Positions 12,001 to 26,600 of a stretch of 64,000 bases of DNA are shown in pieces. Source of the stretch: the human T2T-CHM13v2.0 reference genome, Homo sapiens. The position numbers and the translations under genes are program-made. Under the pieces are notes generated by a model. It saw only the letters and a program-made list of their open reading frames with translations. It was not told the origin of the DNA and ran no database searches. Position 1 is the stretch's first letter. Each line of letters opens with the position of its first letter. The stretch lies in the NCBI RefSeq assembly GCF_009914755.1, contig NC_060932.1. The stretch is one strand, 5' to 3'.

Positions 12001-15000
12001 TCTTTCTAGTTTTATCTCAGGATATTTGGTTTTTCACTGTAGTATTCTATGCGTTCCAAAATGATTTTTTCACAGATTCTATACAAATAGTTGTTCCATC
12101 TTGGTGAATGAGAAAAAAAAAATCACTCATAAGCTGAATAAACACATCACAAAGCAGTTTCAGAGATACTTTATTTCTGGTTTTTATTACAGGATATTCA
12201 GTTTTTCACCGTAGACTTTAGTGAGCTCCAAAATGATTCTTCACAGATTCTACAAAAATAGTGTTTTCAACCTGCTGAATGTAAATATATCTCTAATTCT
12301 GTGAGCTGAATGCATACATCAAAAAGCAGTTTCACAGATAGCTTCTTTCTAGTTATTATTGTGGGATATTCAGATTTTTACTACAGGTCTCAATGAGTTC
12401 TGAAATGTCGTTTAACAGATTCTGCAAAAACAGTGTTTCCAACATACTGAATGTAAAGAAAGATTTAACTCTGTGAGCTGAATGTACACATCACAAAATG
12501 GTTTCACCGATAGCTTTTTTTCTAGTTTTTATTGTGAGATGATCAGTTTTTCACTATAGACCTTATTGAGCTCCATAACATCCCTTCACACATTCTACAA
12601 AAGCAGTGTTTCCAACCTACTGAATGTAAAGAATTGTTTAAGTCTGAGAACTGAATGCACACATCACAAAGTGGTTTCAGAGATAGCTTCATTCTAGTTT
12701 TTATCATGGGACATTTTGTTTTTCACTATAGGCATCAGTGAGCTCCAAAATGTCCCCTTTCAGATTCTACAAAAATAGTGTTTCCAACCTGCTGAATGTA
12801 AATAAAGGTTTAACTCTGTGAGCTGAGCCCACACAGCACAAAGCAGTTTCACAGGTAGCTTCTTTTTAGTTTTTATTGCGGGATATTTGTTTTTTTCACT
12901 ATAGTCCTCAGTGAGATCTTAAATGTCCCTTCACAGATACTACAAAAACAGTGTTTCCAACCTGCTGAATGTGAGAAAGATTTCACTTTATGAGTTGAAT
13001 CTACACATCAAAAAACAGTTGCACAAATAGCTTCTTTCAAGTTTTTTTCATGGGTTGTTCCATTTTTCACTACAGGCCTCACTGATCTCTGAAATGTCCC
13101 CTCGCAGATTCTACAAAACCAGTGTTTCCAACCTGCTGAATGTAAAGAAAGGTTTCACTGTATGAGCTGAATACACACATCACAAAGCAGTTTCACAGAT
13201 AGATTCTTTCCAGTTTTGTCACAGAATATTCCATTTTTCTGTATAGGTGTCAGTGAGCTCTGAAATGTCTCTTTTCAGATTCTACAATAAAAAGTTTCCA
13301 ATCTGCTGAATGGAAAAAATGATTTCACTCCATGAGCTGAATCCACACATCAGAAAGCAGTTTCATAGATCTTTTCTAGTTTTTATCATGGGACAATCAG
13401 TTTTTCACAATAGGCTTTCCTGGGTTTTGAAATGTCCCTTCGCTGATCCCACAAAAACAGTGATTTCAACCTGCTGAATGTAAAGAAAGGATTATATCTG
13501 TGAGCTAAATCCACATATCACAAAGTGGTTTCACATATAATTTGTTTCTAGTTTTTTAATCACAGGATATTCGGGTTTTTGCTATAGGCCTCAGTGAGCT
13601 CAGAAATGTCCCCTCACAGAATCTACAAAAACAGTGTTTCCACCCTGCTCAATGTGAAGAAAGGTTTCACTTTATGAGCTGAATCCACACATTACAAAGT
13701 GCTTACACAGGTAGCTTATTTCTACTTTTTATTGTGGGATATTTTGTTCTTTAATATAGGCCTCAATGACCTCCCAAATGTCCTGTCACTTATGCTTACA
13801 AAAACAGTGTTCCCACATGCTGATTGTAAAGGAAGTTTTAACTCTGTGAGTTGAATCCATGCATCACAATGCCATTTCACAAATAGCTTCTTTCTAGCTT
13901 TTATCACAGGATATTCACTTTTTTACTATAGGCCTGCATGGGATATGAAATGTCTTTTCACCAATGCTTCAAAAACAGTGTTTACAACCTGCTGAATGAA
14001 AACAAAGGTTTAACTCTGTGTGCTGAATCCACACATCACAAAGTGATTTCACAGATAGCATCTTTCTACATTTTATCAAGGGATATTATGTCTTTTGCTA
14101 TAGGCTTCACTGAGCTCTGAAATGCCCTTTCACAGATTCTACAAAAACACTGTTTCCAAACTGCTAAATGTAAAGAAAGGTTACACTGTGTGAGCTAAAT
14201 CTACACATCATGGCGGTTTCACAAATAGCTTCTTTCTAGTTTATATCACGGGTTATTCAGTTGTTCAATGTAGGCCTCAGTGAGGTCTGAAATGTCCTTT
14301 CACAGATTCTACAAAAACAGTGTTTCCAACCTGCCGAATATGAAGAAATATCTCCCTCTATCAGCTGAATCCACAAATCACTAAGCAGTTCCACAGATAG
14401 CTTCTTTCTAGTTTTTATCACAGGATATCTATTTTTTAATATAGGCATCCATGGGCTTAGAAATGTCCCTTGGCAGATACTATGAAAACAGTGTTTCCAA
14501 ACTGCTGAATGTAAAGAACATTTAACTCTGTAAGCTGTATCCACACATCACAAAGCGGTTGCACAGATAACTTCTTTCTAGCTTTCATTGTGGAATATTT
14601 GCTTTTTCCCTACAGGCCTCAGTGAGCTGCAAAGTGTCCCTGCACAGATTCTACAAAAAGAGTGTTTCCAATGTGCTAAGTTTAGAGAAAGTTTTCTCAG
14701 TGAGCTGAATTCACACATCACAAAGTGATTTCACAGACAATTTCTTCCTACTTTTTATCTAGAGAAATTCAATTTTTCACTATAGGACTCAATGAGGTCT
14801 GAAATGTCCCTTCACAGAGTCTATAAAAACAGCCTTTCCAACCTGCTGAATGTAAACAAAGCTTTGACTTTATGAGCTGAATCCACACATCACAGAGTAA
14901 TTTCACAGATAGCTTCTTTGTAGTTTTATCACAGGATATTCAGTTTTTCACTATAGGCCACAGTGAGCTTTAAAATGCCCCTTCTCAGATTCAACAAAAA

Positions 15001-16046
15001 CAGTGTTTCCAACCTGCTGAACATAAAAAAGTTTCACTTTATGAGCTGAATCCACACATCGAAAAGCAGTTTCACAAATAGCTTCTTCTAGTTTTTATTG
15101 CAGAATATTCGGTCTTTCACTATAACCTCAGTGAGCTCTGAAATGTCCCAGTGTGGATTCTAAAAAAAAAAGTACTTCCAACGTGCTGAGTATAAAGAAA
15201 TATTTACCTCTGTGAGCTGAATCCACCCATCACAAAGCGATTTCACAGGCAAATTCTTTCTAGTTTTTATCTTGAGATATTCAGTTTTTCACTATAGGAC
15301 TCAGTGAACTCTGAAATGTCCCTTCACCAATTCTACAAAAACAGTGTTTCCAATCTGGTGAATATAAAGAAAGCTTTAATTATGTGAGCTGAATTTACAC
15401 ATCACACAGCAGTTTCAGAGACAGCTTCTTTCAAGTTTTTATCATGTGTTATTCAGTTTTTCACTATAGTGCTCAGTGAGCTCCGAAATGTCCCTACTCA
15501 TATTCTACAAAAACAATGTTTCCAACGTGCTGATGTAAAGAAAGGTTAACTCTGTGAGCTGAATCCACACATCACAAGGTGGTTTCACAGATAGCTTCTT
15601 TCTAGTTTTTATTGTGAGATGTTTTTTTTTTCACTGTAGGCCTCAGTGAGCTCCAAAATTTCCCTTTGCAGGTTCTACAACAAAAGTGTTTCCAACCTGC
15701 TCAATTTAAAGGATGGTTTCCCTCTATGATCTGAATCCACACATCACAAACCAGTTTCACACATAGCTTCTTTCTAGTTTTTTTCACGAGATAGTCAGAT
15801 TTTTACTATCAGCCTCAGTGAGCTCTGAAATGTCCCTTTGCAGATTCTACAAAAACAGTGTTTCTAACCCATTGAATGTAAAGAAAGGTTTAATTCTGTG
15901 GGGTGAATCCACACATCACACACCGGTTTCATTGATCTCTTCTTTCTAGTTTTATTGTGGGATATTCAATTTTTTTCCTATAGGTCTAGTGTGCTCCAAA
16001 ATGTCCCTTCACAGATTCTACAAAAACAGTGTTTCTAACCTGTTGA
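1..16046 (-). repeat. Monomeric alpha satellite array, ancient 172-bp type, reverse orientation relative to the standard alphoid consensus
   Basis: Tandem divergent units such as gctgaatccacacatcacaaagcagtttcacagatagcttctttctag, the reverse complement of the alphoid consensus. Equivalent positions at 4677, 4849, 5021 and 5193 are exactly 172 bp apart. Confidence 0.97.
5389..5732 (-). repeat. Perfect tandem duplication of one 172-bp alpha monomer
   Basis: 5389-5560 and 5561-5732 read identically base by base; the periodicity continues to 5759. Confidence 0.95.
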
Positions 16047-19000
16047 AGGATCTGTGAAGGCACATTTTGCAACCCACGTTGGCCTATAGTGAAAAACAGA
16101 ATATTCCATGATAAAAACTTGAAATACGCTGCCTATGAAACTGCTTTGTGATGTGTGGAATCAGCTCATAACATGAATTCTTTCTTTATATTCAGCAAAT
16201 TTGAAACACTGCTTTTATATGATCTATGAAGAGACATTTCAGAGCTCACTGAGGCCTGTAGTGAAAGACAGTATATCCCACAATAAAAACTAGAAAAAAG
16301 CTATTGAGAAAACCACTTTGTGATTTGTGGATTCATCACATGAAGTGAAACCTTGCTTTATATTCAACAAGTTGGAAACACTGTTTTCATAAAATCTGTA
16401 AAGGGGCATTTCAGAGCTCACTGAGGCTTATGGTAAAAAAATGAATTTCCCATGAAAAAATTAAAAAGAAACTGCCTTTGAATTGCTCTGTGATGTGTGG
16501 CTTCAGCTCACAGAGTTAAACCTTTCTTTAGATTAAGCAGGTTGGAAACACTCTTTTTGTAGAATCTGCGAGGGGAGATTTCATAGCTCACTGAGGCTTG
16601 TAGTGAGAAAAAAGAATATCACGTGATAAGAACTAGAAAAATGCTATCTGTGAAACCACATTGTGATGTGTGGATTCAGCTAATAGAGTGAAACTTTTCT
16701 TTACATTCAGCTGTTGGAAACACTCTGTTTGTAGAAACTGCACAAACACATTTTGAAGCTCACTGAAGCCTAAAGTGAAAAACCGAATATCCAACTATAA
16801 AAACTAGAAAAGATGGGAACCACTTTGTGATGTTTGGATTCAGCTTATAGAGTGAAATCTTTATTTACACTTAGTAGGTAGAAACACTGTTTATGTAGAA
16901 TTTACAAAAAGACATTTCAGAGCTCACTTAGGCTTATACTGAAAAACCAAATATCCTGCAATAAAAACTAGAAAGAAGCTATCTTTGAAAATGTTTTTTG
17001 ATGTTTGGATTAAGCTCGTAAAGAGAAACCTTGCTTTGCATTCACCAGGTTGGAAACACTGTATTTGTAGAATCTGCAAAAGGATATTTCAAAGCTAACA
17101 GAGGTCTATAGTAAAAAGTGAATATCCTGTGACAAATACTAGAAAGAAGCTATCTGTGAAACCGCTTTGTGACATTGGATTCAGCTCACAGAGTTAAACC
17201 TTTCTTTACATTCAGGAGGTTGGAAACACTGCTTTTGTGGAATTGACAAAGGGACATTTCAAAGCTAATTGAGGCCTATAGTGAAAAAACTAATATCTTG
17301 TGATGAAATGAAGATAGAAGCTATCTGTGAAAGTGATTTGTGGTGTATGGAATCAGCTCATAAAGTGAAACCTTTCTTTATATACAGTAGGTTGGAAACA
17401 CTGTATTTGTAGGATTTGTAAAGGAAAATTTCAGAGCTCAATGAGGCCCTGTGATAAAAACTAGAAAGAAGTTATATGTGAAACCACTTTGTGATGTGTG
17501 GATTCAGCTCACAGAGTTAAACCATTTTTACATTCAGCAGGTTGGAAACACTGTTTTTGTAGGATACACAAAGGGACATTTGGGAGCTCACTGAGGCCTA
17601 TAGTGAAAAAACAAATATTACATTATAAAAACTAGAAAAAATCTATCAGAGAAACTGCTTTGTGATGTGTTGATTCAGCTGACAAAGTGAAAATTTTCTT
17701 TGGATTCAGGAGGTTGGAAAGACTGTTTTTGTAGAATCTGCAAAGGGACACTTTGAAGCTCACTGAGGCTAATAGTGAAAAGCTGAATATCTCATGAAAA
17801 AAAAACTAGAAAGAAACTATCACTGTCTTTGATACCACTTTGTGATGTCTGGATTCAGCTCAAATAGTTAAATCTTTCTTTACATTCAACAGGTTGGAAA
17901 CACTGGTTTTGTAGAAACAGTGAGGGGAAATTTTAGAGCTCACTGAGGCCAGAAGTGAAAATCTGAATATCCCACGTTAAAAACTAGAAAGAAGCTATCT
18001 GTGAAACTGCTTTGTGATGTGCAGATTCAGCGCATATAGTGAAAAGTTTCTTTATAATCAGCAGGGTGGAAAAACTATTTTTGTATAATCTGTGGACACA
18101 TTACTGAGCTCGCTGAGCTCTAAACTGAAAAACAGGATATTCCATGATAAAAACTAGAAAGAAGCTATCTGTGATACTGCTTTGTGATGTGTGGATTCAG
18201 CTCATAGAATAAAACCTTTCTTCATATTCAGCAGGTGGGAATCACTCTTTTTAGGATCTCTGAAGGTACATTTCAAAGCTTACTGAGGACTGCAGTGAAA
18301 AACAAATTATCCCACAGTAAATACTAGAAAAATGCTATATGTGAAACAGCTTTGTGGTGTTTGGATTCAGCCCCCAGGGTTAAAACTTTCTTTATATTCA
18401 TCAGGTCGGTAACATTGTTTTTGTAGAATTTGTGAAGAGACATTTCTGAACTCACTGAGGCCTATAGTGAAAAACTGAATATCCTGCAATAAAAACTAGA
18501 AAGAAGCTATCTGTGAAACCACTTAGTGATGTGTGGAACCAGTTCACATTGTGAAACCATCCTTTATATTAAGCAGGTTGGAAACACTGTTTTTGTAGGA
18601 TCTGTGAAGGAATATTTTGGAGTTCAATGAGGATTATAGTAAAACGAAAATGTCCTGTGATTAAAACTAGAAAGAGACTGTCTGTGAGACTGCTTCATGA
18701 TGTGTGGATTCAGCTCAAATAGTTAAATCTTTCTTTACATTCAGCAGGTTAGAAATACTGTTTCTTTAGAATCTGTGAGGGGTAACTTTGAAGTTCACTA
18801 AGTCCTGTAGTGAAAAACCATGTATCTTGAGATAAAATCTAGAAAGAAGCTATCTGTGTAAGCACTTTGTGATGTGTGGATTCAGCTCATATAGAGAAAC
18901 GTTTCTTTACATTCAGCAGGTTTGGAAAACTGTTTTTGTAGAAACTGCATAAACACAGTTCTGAGCTCATTGAGGCCTAAAGTGAAAAACAGAACATCCC

Positions 19001-19111
19001 ATGATAAAAACTTGAAAAAAGCTATTTGTCATACTGGTATGTGATGTTTGCATTCAGCTCATAGACTGAAACCTTTCTTTACATTCGGTAGGTTGGAAAC
19101 ACTGGCGTTTT

Positions 19112-20338
<1,227 letters not shown>

Positions 20339-23300
20339 GGAAACACAGGTTTTTTAGACTCTGCAAAGGGACTCCTATAAGCTCTCTGAGGCCTGTAGTG
20401 AAAAACTCAATATCCCATGATATAAAGTATCTGTGAAACCACTTTGTTATGTATGAATTCAGATAACAGTGTGAAACCTTTCTTTACATTTATCAGGATT
20501 GAAACACTGTTCTTAGAATCTGTGAAGGAACTTTTCAGAGCACACTGAGTTCTATAATGAAAAACCACATATTCTGTGATAAAAACTAGAAGGAAACTGT
20601 CAAACTGCTTTGTGATGTGTGATTTTAACTCATAAAATAGAACCTTTCTTTACACTCAGTAGGTTGCAAACACTGTTTTTGTTGGTTCTTTCAAGGGACA
20701 TTTCTGAGATCACTGTGGTATATATTGTAAAATGGATTATCCTGTAATAAAAACTAAAAAGAACCTATCAGTGAGACCACTTTGTGTTGTGTGGATTCAG
20801 CTCACAGAGTTAAGACTTGTTGACATTCAGCAGGTTGGCAACACTTTTTTACTGGGATTTGTGAAGTGACATTTCTGAGCTCACTGAGGCCTATAGTAAA
20901 AAAAATTCTCAAGATAAAAACTAGAAAGGAACTTGTGATTTGTGATGTCTGGATTCAGCTCATAGAGTTAAACCTTTCTTTACATTCAGCAATTTGCAAA
21001 CACTCTTTTTGTAGAATCTGCAAAAAGACTTTTCAAAGCTCAGTGAGGTCTATAGGAAAAAAACAAATATCCCATGGTAAAAACTAGAAAGGAGCTATGT
21101 GTGAAATGGCTTTGTAATGTGTGTATTCAGCTCATAAATGGAAACATTTCTTTACATTCAGCAGGTTGTAGGCACTGTTTTTGTAGATTCTGTGAAAAAA
21201 CATTTCAAAACTCACTGAGGCCTATAGCCAAAAACTGAATATCATGCAATAAAAACTAGAAAGAATCTATCTGTGAAACTTCTTTGTGATATGTGGATTC
21301 AGCTCATAGAGTGAAAACTTTCCTCACATAGAGCAGTTTGGAAACACTTTTTCTTTTCTTTTTTTTTTGGACGTGCAATGAAATATTTTAAATCTCCCTA
21401 AGGATTATAGTGAAAAACCAAACATTGCATGATAAAAGGTAGATGGAAGCTATCTTTGAAACAGCTTTGTGATGTCTGGATTCAGCTCACAGAGTCAGAC
21501 CTTCCTTTAAATTCAGAAAGTTGGAAATGCTGTGTTTGTATGGTCTGCAAAGAAATATATTGGAGCCCATGGAAAACTATACTGAAAAACCAAATATCTC
21601 AAGTTAAAAACTATCTGTGAAACCAATTTGTGATGTGTGGATTCAGTTTATAGAGTGAAACTCTTTACATTCAGCAGGTTGGAAACACTGTTTTTGTAGA
21701 ACCTGTGAAGGAACATATCTGAGCTCACTGAGGCCTATAGTGATAAATTGAATATCCCATGATAAAAACTAGAAACTATATGTGAAATTGCTTTGTGACA
21801 TGAATGCAGCTCACAGAGTCAAACCATTCTTTACATTCAGCAAGTTGGAAACTTTGTTTTCATAAAATCTGCAAAGAGACATTTCAGAGCTTACTTGGGC
21901 CTATAGTGAAAAACTGAATATCCCATCATAAAAACTTAAAGAGTCTATCCGTGAAATTGCTTTGTAGAGTGAGGATTCAGTTCATTAAGTGAAACTTTTT
22001 TGACATTCAGAGGGCTGTAGACACCGTTTTTATAGATTCTGTGAAGGGACGTTTCAGAGTTTACTGAGGTCTACAGTGAAAAACTGAATATCCTGCAATA
22101 AAAACTAGAAAGAAGCTATCTGTAAAACCATTTGTGATTTGTAGATTCAGCCCATAGTATTAAATCTTTCTTTACAACCATTAAATTGGATATATTGTTT
22201 TTGTAGGATCTGCAAAAAGACATTTTGGAACTCACTGATGATTATAGTGAAAAACTGAATATCTTGTGATAAAAACTAGAAAGAATTTATCCATGAAACT
22301 GTTTTGTGATGCATGGGTTTGGCTCATAAAATAAAACCTTTCTTTACATTCAGCAGATAGAAAACACTGTTTTTGCAGGATCTGCAAAGGGACTTTTCAG
22401 AGCTCACTGAGGCCTGTAGTGAAAAACCGAGCATCCCATGATAAAAACTAGAAAGAAGCTTTCTGTGAGACCGCTTTGGGATGTGTGGATTCAGCTTACA
22501 TCCTTAAACCTTTTTTTACATTCAGTAGGTTGGAAACTCTGTTTTTATAGTATCTGAGGGGACGTTTCAGAGCTCACTGAAGCCTGTTGTGAAAAACTGA
22601 ATATCCCACCATAAAAACTAGAAAGAATCTATATGTTAAACAGCTTTGTAATTTGTGGATTCAGGTTGTAAAGTGAAACTTTTCTTCACATTCAGCAGGT
22701 TGTAGACACTGTTTTTGTAGAATCTGTGAAGACATTTCAGAGCTCACTGAGGCCTACAGTGAAAAATCAAATATCCCATGATAAAAACTAGAAAGAAGCT
22801 CTCTGTGACTGATTTGTGATATGTGCATTCAGCTCATATAGTGAAATGTTTCTTTACATTCAGTAGGTTGGAAACACTGTTTTTGTAGAATCTGCAAAAA
22901 AGACATTTTTCAGTTCACTGAGGCGTATAGTGAAAAACCAAATGTTCCACCATAAAAAGAAGAAAGAAGCTATCTGTGAAACTGCTTTGTGATGTTTGGA
23001 TTGAGCTCAGAGAAGGAAACCTTTATTTTCATTCAGCAGGTTGGAAACACTGTTTTTGTAGCATCTGCAAAGAGACATTTCTTAACCCACTGAGGCCAAT
23101 AGTGAAAAGCTGAATATTCCTGGGTAAAAACTAGAAGAAATCTATTTGTAAAACCACTTTGCCATGTGTGGATTCAGCTTCCAGAATTAAACCATTCTTT
23201 ACATTTAGCAGGTTAGTAACACTGTTTTTGTAGAATTTGCAAAAAGACATTTCAGAGCTCACTGAGGTATATTGTCAAAAACCTAATATCCCATGATAAA

Positions 23301-23384
23301 ACACTAGAAGGAAGCTATCTGTGAAACTTCTTTGTGATGTGTGGATTCAGTTCACACAGCTCACACAGTTAAACATTTCTTTAT

Positions 23385-23669
23385 GACCAGGCATGGTGGC
23401 TCACGTCTGTAATCTCAGAACTTTGGGGTCCAAGGTGGGTGGATCACGAGGTCAGGAGATCAAGACCATCCTAACACAGTGAAACCCCATCTCTACTAAA
23501 AATTACAAAAATTTGGGCAGGTGTGGTGGTGGGTGCCTGTAGTCCCAGCTACTCAGGAGGCTGAGGCAGGAGAATGGCATGAACCCTGGAGGCAGAGCTT
23601 GCAGTGAGCCAAGAGTGTGCTTCTGAACTCCAGCTTCGGTGACAGAACAAGACTCCATCTCAAAAAAAT
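23385..23669 (+). mobile_element. Alu SINE, AluY-like, inserted in alpha satellite
   Basis: Dimeric Alu with AluY diagnostics (gatcacgaggtcaggagat, agaatggcatgaacc, gagcttgcag). TSD aaacatttctttat (23371-23384) and aaaaatttctttac (23670-23683). Confidence 0.92.
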
Positions 23670-26600
23670 AAAAATTTCTTTACATACAACAGGTTGGAAA
23701 CACTGTTTTTGTAGAATCTGTGAAGGGATATTTTGGAGCTCACTGAGGCCTATAGTAAAAAACCGACTGTCCTGAAAAAAAAAAAAAAACAGAATACCCC
23801 ACTATAAAAACTACTAAGAATCTTATTGTGAAACTGCCTTGTGATATGTAGATTCAGCTCACAGAGTTAAAACTTTCTTTACTTTCAGCAGTTTGAAAAC
23901 ACTGTTTTTGTAGGATCTGTGAAAGGACATTTAGTAGTTAATGGAGGCCTATTGTGACAAATCGAATATCCCGTGATAAAAACTAGAAAGAAGCTATCTG
24001 TGAAAATGCTTTGTGATGTGTGGATTCAACTCATAGAGTGAAATCTTTCTTCACATTCAGCACGTTGGAAACGCTGTTCTTGTGGGACCTGCAGTGGAAC
24101 ATTTCAAATCTCACTAAGAACCATAGTGAAAAATCGTATATTGCATGATAAAAACTACATGGAATCTATCTGTTAAATCACATTGTGGATTCAGCTCACA
24201 GAGTTAAGCCTTTCTTTAAATTCAGTAGATTTGAATTACTATTTGTTTATTTGTGTTTTTTTTTTTTTTGAATCTTGTAAAGGGACATTTGGAGACCCTG
24301 GAAAACTATAGTGAAAAAACAAATAATTTGCAATAAACACTATTTGTGAAACTGCTTTCTGATGTGTGGATTCAGCTCACCATGTGAAAACTTTCTTTAC
24401 ATCCAGCAGGATTGAAACACTGTTTTTAGAAATTGTGAAGGGATATTTAGGAGCTCAATGGGGCCTGTAGTGAAAAAATGAATATTCTGTGATTGAAAAC
24501 TAGAAAGAAGCTATATTTGAAACTGCTTTGTAATGTGTGAATTCACCTCACAGAGTTAAACATTTATTTACATTAAGCAGTTTGGAAACACTGTTTTTGT
24601 GGAATCTGAAAAGGGATATTTCAGAGCCCATAGAGGCCTATGGTGAAAAACTGAACATCCTGTGATAAAAACTAGAAAAGTGCTATCTGCAAAACCGCTC
24701 TGTGCTGTGTGGATTCAGCTCATAGAGTGAAATTTTTCTTCATATTCAGCAGGTTGTCAATGCAGTTTTTGGAGAATGTGTACAGGGACATTTTGGAGCT
24801 CACTGAAGCCTATAATACAAAACGGAATATCCCATGATAAAAGCTAGAAAGAAGCTCTCAGAGAAACTGCTTTTTGATGTGTAGATTCAGCTCACATAGT
24901 GAAACATTTCCTTACCTTCAGTAGATTGGAAACACTGTTTTGGTAGAATCTATGAAAGGGCATTTCAGAGCTCACGGAGGCCTATAGTGAAAAACTGAAT
25001 ATCCCATGATAAAAACAATAAAGAAATTCTCAGTGAAACAGGTTTCTGATGTGTGGATTCAGCTTATAAGTGAAATTTTTCTTTACTTTTAGCAGGTTGG
25101 AAACACTCTTTTTGTAGAATCTGTGAAGGGACATTTCAAAGCTCACTGAGGACTACAGTGAAAAACTAAATATTCTGCAATAAAAATGAGAAAGAAGCTA
25201 TCTGTGAAACTGCTTTGTGATGTGTGGATTCAGCTTAAAGAATAAAACCTATCTTTACATTCGGCAGGTTTTAAGCACTCTTTTTGTAGAATCTGTGTTG
25301 GAACATTTCCAAGCTCACTGAGGCTTATAGTGAAAAACCAAACATCCTGCGATAAAAACTAGAAAGAAGCTATCAGTGAAACTGCTTTGTGATTATATGT
25401 GGACTCAGTGCCTATAGTGAAAAGTTTATTTACATTCAGCAGGTTGGAAACACTGTTTTTGTAGGATCTGCATAGGAATATTATGGAGCCCATGGAGGCA
25501 TATAGTGAAAAACTGAAAATCCCACAATAAAAACTAGAAAGCACTTATCTGTCAACCTCCTTTGTGAAGTGTGGATTCAGATCATAGAGTAAAACCTTTC
25601 TTTACATTCAGGAGGTTGGAAACACTGTTTTTGTAGAATCTGCAAAGAAACATTTCAGAGCTCACTCAGGACTGTAGTGACAAATGGAATATTTCACAAT
25701 AAAAACTAGAAAGAAGGTATGTGAGAAACCACTTGTGATGTGTGGATTCAACACACAGAGTTAAACCTTTCTTTACATTCAGCATGTTAGAAAAACTTTT
25801 TTGGAAGAATCTATGAAAGGACATTTAGAACCTCTTTGAAGCCTGTAGTGAAAAACAGAATATCCTACAATAAAAACTAGAAAGAAGCTATTTGTGAAAA
25901 GGCTTTGTGATGTGTGGAATCAGCTCACAGGTTAAACACTTCTTTATATTCAGCATGTTGGAAACTCTGTTTTTGTGGATTCTGTGAGGGACATTTTAGA
26001 GCTCAAGGAGGTCTATAGTGAAAAACAGAATATTGTGTGATAAAAACTGTAAAGAATCTATTTGTGAAAGCACTTTGTAATGTACAGATTCACCTCATAA
26101 AGGGAAACCACTCTTTACATTTAGCAGGCTGTAGGCACTGTTTTTGTAGATTCAGCAAAAGGACATTTCAGAGCCCATGAAAGCCTCTCGTGAAAAACTG
26201 TATAACTTGTGATAAAAACTAAAAAGGAGCTATCTGTGAAACCCCTTTGTGATGTGTGGATTCAGCTCGTAGAGTGAAATGTTTCTTCACATTCAGCAGG
26301 TTGAATCACTGTTTTTGTTAAATCTGTGAAGGAACATTTTGAAGCTCACTTATGCCTATAGTGAAAAACAGAATATCCTGAGATAAAAACTAGAAAGAAT
26401 CTATCTGTGAAACCCCTTAGTGATGTGTGAATTCAGCTCTCACAGTTAAACCTTTATTTGCATTCAGCAGGTTTTAAGCACTGTTTTTGTAAAATCTTGA
26501 GGGGACATTTCAGAGCCCAGTGAGGTCTCTAGTGAAAAACCAAATATTCCATGATAAAAACTTGAAAGAAAGTTTCTGTGAAACTGCTTTGTGTTGTGAT

